This document shows, piece by piece, positions 12,442-24,400 of a stretch of 64,000 nt of DNA. The stretch lies in assembly GCF_016433145.1 (NCBI RefSeq), contig NC_058131.1, positions 30,998,839 through 31,062,838 on the forward strand, read 5' to 3'. The notes under the pieces were generated by a model that was given only the letters and a program-made list of their open reading frames with translations, was not told where the DNA came from and ran no database searches. Source of the stretch: Gracilinanus agilis (taxonomy: Eukaryota). The translations under genes and the position numbers were made by a program. Every line of letters begins with the position of its first letter. The stretch's first letter is position 1.

Positions 12442-15400
12442 GTAAGTTTCTTCCAAATCCTACTTTTCCCCTTTCTTTCCCCTCCTCTTATCTTAGAGGA
12501 ATTTCTGGATTCAGCCAGTCATTCTGTGGTCTAAGCTGGGGTCTCTGGGATATGCATAGGGAGGATTTTGAGAGGGGATCAGCCTTTGAGGCTGGCTGCT
12601 CTGGGAATCTGTATGCTTTTCCTGCAGGGAATAGTGGACTTGTCTTAGCTCTTACCCATGATTGGGCTGCTTGAGGTGATGAGAAAGATGAGCTGATCTT
12701 CTCTGGGTTGTTTGAATAGGACCTGGGGGTTGGGGGCAGTCAGGTCAGCTCTTGCATGTCCACTGGGCAAGCTCAGCACAAGGCTGTCTCTCTAAGAAAA
12801 TTTCCAGTTTACCCTGTACAGATGGAGCTCCTTTGTCCTTCGTCATCTGTCTCATTAGATTGAGAGCTCCTTGAGGGCAGAGATTGTTTTTTTCCCTCTT
12901 TCTTGTCTTTCCAGCACTTAGCACAGTGCCTGGCCCAGGTGTTTAATAGATGTCTGTTGATGTGACAGTGAACTCTCTCCCTCCCAGGACAGTTCCTCAG
13001 GATAGAACCACATCCAGCCCGCAGGACTCCAAGGATGGCCCAAGCAGCTCTCATCCTCCTGACTCTGGCCCTGCTGGCCTCCCTCACTGCTATCGTCATT
13101 ATTTGTAAGTTCCTGGGTGGTTCTTGGCTCCACATATGGTTGTATTCCTCACTTCTTGCCCCATCGGGCTCCGAGGGATTGGAATAATTGTCCTGTCCAT
13201 CTCCCTGTCTTCAGGAAAGACGTATGTAGAAGCCATTCTGGATGAGAATATTAGATGATAAGAATGAGAGCGAATATTGGTAACGTCAGCTTCTCATTAT
13301 TGCTGAAAACAAATTCCATCATTCACATTGCCTGGGACCCAGCTAAGATTTGCAAAGTGTTTTGCATTTACTGTTTAATTTGATCCTCAAAACACTGCAG
13401 AGGGTACTGTTATTATGTTCCATTTATAATTGAGAGAGATTAAGTGACTTTTCCAGGGTGACATCACTAACAGAAACAATAAATATCTGGGGTTGGATTT
13501 GAACTCAGGTCTTCCTGTGACCAAGTCTAATGCTCTATCTATGATGCAATCTTCCTTCCTCTATGTGTCTAGAACAGTGCCTGGTACCCAGCTGGCATTC
13601 ACTAAATCCTATTTATTGTAAAGGGAGCTCAGTTTGGGGGCAGCTAGGTAGCATAGTGGATAGAGAGTCAGGGCTAGAGATAGGAGGCTCTGGGTTCAAA
13701 TCTAGTTTCAGACCCTTCTTGGCCGTGTGATCCTGGGCAAGTCATTTAATCCCAATTGCCTAGCCCTTACCACTCTTCTACTTTGGACTTTTCTAAGGTC
13801 ACACACCAATACAAGTATTGATTCTAAGACAGAAGATAAGGTTTTTTTTAAAAAAGAGTCTTGTGTTTGGAGTCAGAAGACTTGGATTCTCCTCTTGGTC
13901 CTACTGATTTTGTATGATTTTGTGGCAAAGATCTGCCTCTTTTTTGGGTCTCAGTTTTCTTATTTGTAAAATAAAAAGTCCAAGTTAGGTAAAAGAAGGA
14001 TAAGACATTTATCAAGTCCTTACGCTATATGAAGCATTATGCTAACCTTTGGGGAGACAAATATATGAAGAAAGACAACCCCTGTTTTCAAGAAACTTAA
14101 ATTCTGATGGGGAGGGGCCACATATATAGGAGAATGATAATGGTCAAAGATGAGAGTTTTGTCTGGGAAATTATAGGGATAACCCTTGAGGTAGTCTCAG
14201 CTCTCCAGCTATGGTTTGAAATTGGATCTTCCATTTAAAAAAAAAATTTTTTTTTATTTTAAACCCTTAACTTCTGTGTATTGACTTATAGGTGGAAGAG
14301 TGGTAAGGGTAGGCAATGGGGGTCAAGTGACTTGCCCAGGGTCACCCAGCTGGAAAGTGTCTGAGGCCGGATTTGAACCCAGGACCTCCCGTCTCTAGGC
14401 CTGACTCTCCATCCACTGAGCTACCCAGCTGCCCCCTAGATGTTCCATTTTTTTGAAGATAACCTGGCAACCCATTCCACTGGCCCAGACCCTTAGCCAG
14501 AAGGGGTTCGATTTGGACCTCAGAGATTTTCTGGTTGATACTCGTTCATTTAGAGGAGGAGGAATGGGGTTCCGGAGCGAGTCAAACATCCGCCAAGTTC
14601 CAACGGTCACTCTAATGGCATTTGTCTCTCTTTGACATCTGATGCGCCCCAACCTTCCCGTCTCCGTCTGTTAGATTTGCAGGTAGAGACGTGCACCAGA
14701 AGAGAGGACACCCAGAGAAAGGCTTGTCTGCATAATGTCACCACCTTGACTTCAGAGACGCGGATGCTAAGGAGCCGCCTGGGGAAACTTAGGGTTCAGA
14801 TGTCAGAGATGGAGGAAACCAGGAGTGGCTTCGGAGGTATCGCAGCATCCAGCGCTGCCATGGAAAGGTCAAAAGACCGCCTGGAGACCACCACGGTCCT
14901 CCCTGTCGGTACCGAGGAGGGGCAGACCAGCACCTCTGCCGTGGACTCACGGACGCTGGAAGGTCCCGTGAAGAAGGACCTCATATTTGGGGGGGTCTCC
15001 GTGGAAAATGGCCTGCAGTTTGGGGGGGTCACGGAGGCCCCTGGAATCCACATGGACGAGGTCTCGGCGACTGTTCAAGGTCAAACAGATGTGAAGACAC
15101 TAAAAGACCTTCTGGAGCTTGTTAGTGCCTCCTACATCGCAGTGAGAGATGAGTATAGTAGGTTCTTGGGGCCTTTGGGATTGGGGACTTTCACGTTTAT
15201 TTTTAACATTTCGGTTCATAACAATAGCTGACAATGGCTTACGAAGGGCTTTTTGAAAGTCATCTTATTTGAATAAATCTTAAGGGGTCTGACTAATATC
15301 AGAATCTTAAACTGAGAGCTGCCAAGGACCTCAGAAGCCTGATAGAGTGCTGGATTTGGTGTTGGGAAGACGCCCGAGTTCAAATCTTGCCTCAAATACT

Positions 15401-18400
15401 TTCATGCTGTGTGACTCTGGGCAAAGCATTTAACCTATCTCAGCCTTACTTTCCTCACTCGTGAAATGGGAATAACAATGGTACCCCTCTCACAGGATTA
15501 TTGTGAGGTTCAAGTGAGATGACATGCAAAGTGGTTTTTGTGAACTTTAGAGTTTTATATATACTATTATTTTATTTTCATTATCATTTCTTATTCAGTC
15601 AATGCTTTGTGAAGCATTTGGAGATTTATTGGCAAAGATATTGTTTGCCATTTCCTTTTCCAGCTTATTTTATAGATGAGAAAACTGAAGCTTAATGGAG
15701 TTAAGTGACTTGCCCACAATAACCTACCTAGTAAGTGTATGAGGCTAGATTTGAACTCGGGTCTTCCTGACTCCGGGTCCAGCACTTTATCCATCGAACC
15801 ACCTAGCTGCCTCATCATCATTATTCTTATCATTGTCATCATCACTTAGGAGTGATTTGAGGCCAATAAAGTGGAAGTGATTTGCCCAAGATAACATAAG
15901 TAGCTGAGTCAGAATTTGAACCCAGGTCCTCTAAGCAAGATTTCATAGAGACTGCTTGCTCTGAAGTGACCACCGATCTTGTAATTGCCAAATCTAATGG
16001 CCTTTAGAAAAACCCTCCTCCTTCCTGACTTCTCTGCAGCCTCCGATATTGTTGATCACCCTCATCTCCCGGACACTCTCTTCTCTCTAGGATTTTGTGA
16101 TATTGCTCTCTCCAAATTCTCCTCCTGCTTCTCTGATCGCCCCTCCCCAGTCTCCTCTGCTCTATCTTCATCCAGGTGTGGGCATCTCCCTGCCCATGGC
16201 TCTATCCTCGGCTCTCTCTTCTCCCTCTGGTACCTCCCTTGGCCATTTCATCACCTCCCATGGATTCCGTTGTCACACCTATTGAGAAGTCAATCAGATT
16301 ATTTATCCAGTCCCGGCCCCTCTCCCACTTTCCAGCCTCACATTTTTAGTTTCCTGTTGGGCAACGTGGATCGAATTGGATTCTTGAACCAGGCATACAT
16401 TCAACATGTCCCAACCTGAACTCCTCCTCCTTCCTCCCTCTCAAACCCTTCCTCCGTCTCCACTGCCTCAGGTACCACCATTCTCCCAGTTACCCAGGCT
16501 AGCAGCCTAGGAGCCACCCTGGGCTTCTCCCTCATCCCAGCTCCCAATATCCAGATGGTTCAGTCCTGTCCTTCAGTTCAGCACTTTTTGCATACATCTC
16601 CTTCTTTCCTCTGGCACTGCCTGCACCTCCTCACGCCACACATGGACTCCTGCGGTAGCCACTAGAGGGCTGGGGGTTTGCCTGTCACAAAACTCTCCTC
16701 CCTCCAGTCCCTCCATCCTCCTTTCAGTTGCCAAAGTGAACTTCCTTAAGCGCACATCACCCCCTGATTGGATAAACTCCAGTGGCAGCGAGCCTCTCGA
16801 GGCACAGATAAATGGACAATCTTCTGTTTGGCTTGCAAAGTCCTCCCCAAGTTTCTGCTTTCCTGGGTTTCCAGTTTCCTCCCTTCCCTGAATACTCTAC
16901 GATGCAGGGAGAGTGAGTTCCTCACGTAAGACATTCCGTTTCCAGACTCCAGGCATTTCCACTAGCTGGAGCGCTTCGTGGACAAAGCCTGGGCATGCCT
17001 CCTGCCCGACTTCCCTCCAGTCTCAGCTCAAGTCTTACTTTCTCAGCCTCTCTTGCTTCCAATACCTTCCCCTTCAGATTGCTTGTTACATTCCCACCGT
17101 CTGAATCGGAGCCATTTGCTCGTTGTCTTCTCCGCTGGACTGTAGACTCTGAGAGTGGAGGCTGTTCCCGTCTTCCTTTGGACCCTTAGCCCGCCCACAG
17201 TGCCTCGTCCTTAATAAGTGTTAGCTCGGCTCGACTCTGACCCCAGTTCTGGAACACTTTCCACTGAGTCATCGTGTGTCATCATCCCCATCTTACACGT
17301 TAGTCAGCCGAGGCTGAGAAAGGTGAAATGACTTGCCCACTCCGTATCCTCCGTGCTGGCATGGCAACTGGCACATAGTGGGCAAATGACACAATAAATG
17401 CTCGGTTGATTGACATGATGCTACCCTCAAGTATTTGGAGGGCTGGCATTGGGAAGAGGGATTAGATTTGTCCAGCCTCACTATGTCACTAGAAATCTAG
17501 AATCACTGGAGAAAATGACTCCCAATAGCAGAGAACAGTGCCAGCCTTGCAAAGGCAAAAGACAGTCTATGTTCTTAAGAGTTTCCAAATCCGGGGGCAG
17601 CTGGGTAGCTCAGTGGCTTGAGAACCAGGCCAGAGTTGGGAGGTCCTGGGTTCAAATCTGACTTCAGACACTTCCTAGCTGTGTGACCCTGGGCAAGTCA
17701 TTTAACCCCAATTGCCTACCCTTACCACTCTTCTGCCTTTGAACCAATACATAGTATTAATTCTAAGGTGGAAGGCAAAGGTTTAAAAAAGTGAGTTTCC
17801 AAATCCAATGGGGAAGCCAGAATACAAACTAGATCCCAACAGGATCAATTGGAGATAATCTCTAAATAAGAGGATGGAACCTAGAATTAGACTCTAATTT
17901 GAATCTAGATCCCTCCCAACATCAAGTCTGTTCACTATTCTGCCTCATCATTAGGGAAATGGTCTGAGATACGCGCCCTTATTAGTTTGTTACTTCTAAG
18001 AACATGACCCACTTTCTAGAGAAGTATATGGTTCCTTCTGCAGGGGCCACTGAGCCCAAGAGCTTGCTCACCTGGCTGAGCTTACTTTTCTCAACAAACA
18101 TTTATTAAATCCTTATTATGTGCCCAGGATTGTGCCAAGCTTTCTCCCATTTCCCTATCATTTCTTTCTCAGAAATCTAGCTGGTCTTCTACTGGAACCA
18201 AGTCTCATCCAGTGGATAGAGCAACAGAGGGACCTCTAGGGCTGGGGAAAGCAAGGCTGGCCCTGTTCTCTGCTATTGGGAGTCATTTTCTCCTGTGATT
18301 CTAGTTCCTTGATTTCTCTGCTTTCTTCTCCTCAGGTATCCTCCTAACCTTCCTCTCCAAAGGCTGGAAATTCTACAATGGAAACCTTTATTATTTTTCT

Positions 18401-21400
18401 CCCAAGAAAATGTCCTGGTATGAGGCTGAAAAGTTCTGTGTATCCTGGGGGGCCCATCTGACATCCATGTCTTCCGTGGGAGAAAAGGTCAGTCCTTCTC
18501 ACCCTGATTCAAAGCAGGGATTGGAAGAACGGGATGAGGGATCGTTGTTGCTTTCCTCTTGGGGCAGGGTTGGTCTAATTCCAGGGGAGGGACACTCCTA
18601 TGGGGAAGATTCTTGAGTCGTATGACGATTTATTGGAGGAACCGGACAGGGTTAGTCTGGAAAGGAGAAGACTTGGCGAGGGGCAGAGGGGAATTGCCCA
18701 GGCTGACACCCATGCCTGGAATGCATTCTCTCCTCTCTCCTTCCCAGAACCCCGACTTTCCTTTCAAACACAATTCACGAGTCTCCTGCTTGAAGTCCTT
18801 TTTGTTCACCAGCGGCTCATGCTCTCCTCCAAAGACCTTGGATTGATTTCATTTATACTAATGTGGGTACTCATTGCTTTCCCCCATAGAATATAAACTC
18901 AAGGAGTTGTTTCCCTTTTCCCAGTGCCTGGCATAAGTCCTGACTCATAGTATGTATTTAATAAATGATTGTTTACTGATGGATTGATCTGATAGCTATC
19001 TTCCAATATTTGAAGGGCCGTTGTATGGAAGAGGGATCAAACCTGTTCTGCTCAGGTCCTGTGGGCAGAACCAAGACATTAGGTAGAAGGGACAGAAAGA
19101 AGGATTGAGTCCGATATCCTGGATAACTTCCCAGGCATTGGAGTTATCCCCAAGTGGAGAGGGCTGTTTCTGTTGAGTGATCCAATGAGCTTCCATATGT
19201 GGGATGACTGGGCAGGCGTTAGCACGTCCTATAGATGTCAGCTGTTGTGGTCATCGGTGTGGCCTTCCTCTCTGGAGGCCGTGACCAGAGGCTGGATGGC
19301 CGCACATCAAGAACGGGACAAGGGGAAGGGGCTGGGCTAGATCGCCATTTAGGTCTGGAATGCTGGGCTTCCCCAGCCTGGTAAGGGAGGGGCTCAATGG
19401 CATTTTGAAGGGGGGGTCTCCCAAGAAAACAGATGGGACGATGCCAGGGAGACCCCTAGGAAGACCTTCCTCCTCATGGATGCTTTTGTTGTTTGGTCGT
19501 TTCAATCCTGCCCGACTCCCCAAGATCCCATTTGGAGTTTTTCTCTGCAAAGATCCTGGAGTCGTTTGCCATTTCCTTCTCCAGCTCATTTCACAAATGA
19601 GGAAATTGAGGCAAACAGGGTGAACTGGCCTGCCCAGGTTCTGCAGCTAGAATGTGGCTGAGGCCGGATTTGAACTCAGGAAGACGAGTCTTCTTGCCTC
19701 CAGGCCTGACAGTCTCTCCACTGGGCTACCTCACTGCCCCTCAACAGATGTTGTAATATGGCCAGTGTCCCAGGCCTGCTCTGGCTCTCTAGAGAAGTGG
19801 TCTCCAAAGCTTTTTGGCCATATATTCCAATCGATAAGATGTTATCAGGCATTTATCCTCAATAAATGCCTATTTATTTACATATCCATTTCACATTCTT
19901 ACCAGAAAGTAGGCAACCTGTAGGTTGAAGCAGTTAGGTGGGCAGAGCATTGGGCCAGAAGTCAGGAAGACCCGAGTTCAAATCCAGATTCAGAAACTTA
20001 CTAGTTGTATGACCTTGGGCAAGTCACCTAATCTCTGTCTGCCTTATTTTCTTCAACCATACAAGGGAGATCATAATAACATCTACCTTCTAAGGTTGTT
20101 ATCAGGATCAAATGAGCTTATATTTGTTAAGCTTTTGGTTAGTGGTATGCTGCTTAGGATACAGTAGAGGCTTAATAAAAATGTTTCCCTTTCCCATTAG
20201 ATTATTATTATTTATATAGTATGAAGCTATAAAAGGAGAAATTTTAAAGGATGTAATAAGGGTGAAATAAATGATATTTTAAACAAATTTTGTACATTTT
20301 ATTTATGAATAAAGCACAATCCTCAGTGGATGCTGGCAGAGGAAAGAGAGCAGGGGTTTAAGCTGAATGGATTCCATTCTTTTAATTCATTCATTCATTT
20401 GCTCCTTTCTTCATCCATTCACTCAAGGAGAGAAGAAGAGGCCAGCTGGGGCTACGATACCCTGGATGGTTGGCTTGCTGGGTTCTTTGTACTCATTTCT
20501 AACATCTGACATTTGTATTCCTTTGTGTACGGTTGCCCCAACATTCTGGAAGCATCTTCTCTCCCCTCTTCAGTGACTCTCCCCAGGACCAACCACTGTG
20601 TGCAACGTGTGACTTCCTCTCCTCTGTGGTCATTGTGTTCTAGGAGTTCCTGTTTAGAAGAGCCAAGGGCACTCCCTACTGGATTGGCCTGAGCAGCCAC
20701 GGCACTGGGGGCACCTGGCACTGGGTCGATGGGACTCCCTACAACGAGGCCAACAGCAGAAGGTGAGTCTGGAGTCTGCCATCTTCTGGGCACATCCTTG
20801 CTTATCCAAGCTCAGCAAGACTCTGAAAGCTTTTCCTGGGGCCATCCTTGAGGAAAGGAGATGAGATTTCTGTGGCATCATTCTGCTCTTTGACTCTGTC
20901 CCTGCAGCCCCTCTAAATCATTCATTCATTCATTATCTCATCTCTTGCCTTTGCTATCAGATATATGAACATGAATCTAGAGGTTGTGACTCCTTATTTG
21001 TTGGCCTCCCACCAACCTTTAGCATCACCACCAAACCTCTGCATTGGTGGCTTCTCTTCTCTTCATTTATTTATTTCATTATTGATTTTAAATTAATTTG
21101 AATTAAATATTTTATTAGTTAAAATTAATTTTATAATATTGTTAAAATCTAAAATATGTCTCCTCTCTCTTTATGCCGCTACCAACCTCGCATGGGCTCT
21201 CATCAGCTCTCACCTGCTCCTCACTGGTCTTCTAGCCTCCATTTTCTCCCAGTCTATTCTTTCCAGGATGGCAAATGAATAATCCTAAACCCAGGTCTGG
21301 CCCCATGGCCCTCTCCTGCTCCACAAGCACTAGTGGCTTCCAAGACCAAACTCTTCTCTTGGAGTTTAAAGCCCTTCATGGTTTGAACTCCAACTTCCCT

Positions 21401-24400
21401 CTCCAGGATCATCACATATAAATCTCCTTCATACACTCTTTGGACCAGCCAGATTGGTGTCATTGCTGTCCCTCACCCCAGATCGTATATCTCCTGCCTC
21501 GATGCCCGGAATTCTGTCTTTCCTTACCTCTGCTGCTCAGAATTTCCTTCAAAATTCATCTCAATGACTACTTTCCAGAGGAATGACTAAGTGCTTTTCT
21601 CTAATTTTGCATATATAAGTCACTTATCTTCTCTCTTAGTGCTAGAATCCTCACAACTCACATAATATATAAGTAAGTAATAATAACATAATGGGAAAGG
21701 GGAAAACATTTATTAAGCATCTCCTATGCACTAGGTTGTATTCCAAGAGCCTAAAAAATTATCTCATTTAATCCTCACAACAATCTTGGGAGGTAGTTGT
21801 TACTATAATCCCCATTTTATAGTTGAAGAAACTAAGGCAGAGTCAAAAGACAATGAATTAAACAGAAGGTCCTGGCCTGTGTTAGTCAAGGGACTTTCCT
21901 CCCATCCAACCACTCTTTGGGCAGAGCCACTTATCTAGTTCAGAATCTGTCTAATTTATATAATTATCTTTACATTTTTTCCCCTCACAAGAATAATTTA
22001 AGATTATCAGATGCTTTGCTAATTCTAAATATTGTTGATCAGTTATTTTTCAGCCAAGACCAGGTCTATGAGACTCCATTTTGGAGTTTCCTTGGCAGAG
22101 ATACTCGAGTGGTTTGCCATTTCCTTCTCTGTCTCCTTTTACAGAAGAGAAAACTGAAGCCAACAGGGTTAATGCCTTACTCAAGGTCAGATAGCTAGTA
22201 AGTGTCTCAAGAAGATTTGAACTCAGGAAGATAAATCTTCTGGAGTCCAGATGCAGCATTCTGCATGATGACACCACCCAGCTGCCAAAGTCTAAGTAGA
22301 TTTACATGTACATATAGATATATCAATTTACTTCGATTTTATATATAAAAATTTACTTAGATTTTACTTGGATACTAATCTGGCAGATCAGGAAGATGAC
22401 ATTATATATAACATATTATTATTTATATTGCATTATGTAATAATATTATATAGTAGTGCTTTGGAGAAGGAAGTGGGGCTAATCTGAATGGTTTGTACTG
22501 ATAAAGCCCTCTAACTAATGTTTTGTGGCCACTGCTTCCTTTTCTAATTATTTCTGTAGAGATCTAACCCAGCATTTTTCTAGGAATCAATCTCAAACTC
22601 ATTGACCTATACTTTGAAGATTTCATTATCTTCCCCTCCTTTTTTTTATTTTTAAGTAGTAACATTTGCCTATTTTTCTTTGGGGAATGTAAATCCCTTT
22701 GAGGGAAGAGAATAAGAATAGCAGTTCTATCCCCCAGTGCCAATAATCTGGGGACCTGAACTCCTCAGGAGCATCTAAGTACTTAATTATCTTGGGGGGC
22801 AATTTCTTATCAACCAATTTCATTCTATCTTTTCAAACCATTCTCTTTAGCAGAGAAAAACATAAGAAAAACATAATTTGAGGAGATCTGCCTTCTCATC
22901 TCAGTTATCATTGGTTCATCCACCCTACTCAGTTCCTTTCTTCTCTCTAATATAGCTAAAGCCCTCTTTTATTGTCTTAGCTTTACTTGCTGGCTTCCCT
23001 TTATTCTGCACATTAGCATTCCTGACAATTCCTTAATGGACCATGTTCTGCCTTGATATTTATTCTTTTCCCTGTCCTTGGTCCTATCTTTTGCATTAAA
23101 AAAAAATCAAAATTGGATGGTGAGTTCCCTGAGCATCTACATTTGTTTCTTTAGACTACATTCATTTTCCCTTCTTCATTAGAACTGTCTCACTTGGTGG
23201 CTTCAGAGTTTGATTTTTTTGAGAGTTTCCCATCTCCTTGCCTAATCTCCTCTATAATATTTGAGTCCTTGGGAAGAAGCCGTATGTAATTCTGAGAATG
23301 GGAAAGTAATAACTGAACTCAAGTATTTGATAGACTTGTATGGATTCTACTTGTTCTGTTTGACCTCAGAGGGAAGAACTTAGAGAAAGCAAATTTCAGG
23401 ACAATGTCAGGAAAAATTCCTTAGACACTAGAAAAGTATAATGGGCTGCCTTGTTGGTTGTGAGCTCCTCTGTATTGGAGAGCTTTAAGCAAGAGCTGAA
23501 TGACAAACTAACAGGAGAGATATAGAGAGGATTTTTTTAAAAAGGTATAGATCAGCCTTGATGGCCCCTATGAACTTCTGGCTCTGAAATTCTGTGGGAA
23601 TGGAAATGAGAGAATGAGAACAAGCATTTATTATACACCTACTATGTGCTAGGCACTGTGCTAAGTACTTTGCAAATAATATTCATTTGATCCACACAAT
23701 GTCCNNNNNNNNNNNNNNNNNNNNNNNNNNNNNNNNNNNNNNNNNNNNNNNNNNNNNNNNNNNNNNNNNNNNNNNNNNNNNNNNNNNNNNNNNNNNNNNN
23801 NNNNNNNNNNNNNNNNNNNNNNNNNNNNNNNNNNNNNNNNNNNNNNNNNNNNNNNNNNNNNNNNNNNNNNNNNNNNNNNNNNNNNNNNNNNNNNNNNNNN
23901 NNNNNNNNNNNNNNNNNNNNNNNNNNNNNNNNNNNNNNNNNNNNNNNNNNNNNNNNNNNNNNNNNNNNNNNNNNNNNNNNNNNNNNNNNNNNNNNNNNNN
24001 NNNNNNNNNNNNNNNNNNNNNTGTCTTAGTAACAACTCTAAGACAGGAGAGCAGGGGCAAGGCAATTAGGATTAAGTGACTTGCTCAGTGTCACACAAGT
24101 AGGAAATACCTGAGGCCAGATTTGAACTCATACCCTCCTGACTCCAGGCCTACAGTTCAATCCAGTGTACCACCTAGTTGCCCGAAGAGGTGATACTATT
24201 AACCCCTATTTTAAAATTGAGGAAACTGAGGTAGATAGAGCCGAAGTGACTTGCCTGGGGTTGCATAGCTAGTAAGTGTCTGAAGCTGAAAATAAACTCC
24301 GGTCAATCTGACTCCAGCTTGGCTAGGGAACTGAAACATGAAAGCTGAGATAGTCTGAAGGCCGTGGTAAGCTTGATGGGACAATATGATGGAGAAGGAA

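Noticed and set aside
15142-15231. Neck exon ending at GCA|gtgag (15142) or reading through to the ORF stop at 15231
   Set aside because: The 15142 donor is phase 0, incompatible with the phase-1 CRD exon; the donor at 15158 fits.
15985-16419. 144-aa ORF as a host gene
   Set aside because: Decayed L2 reverse-transcriptase sequence.
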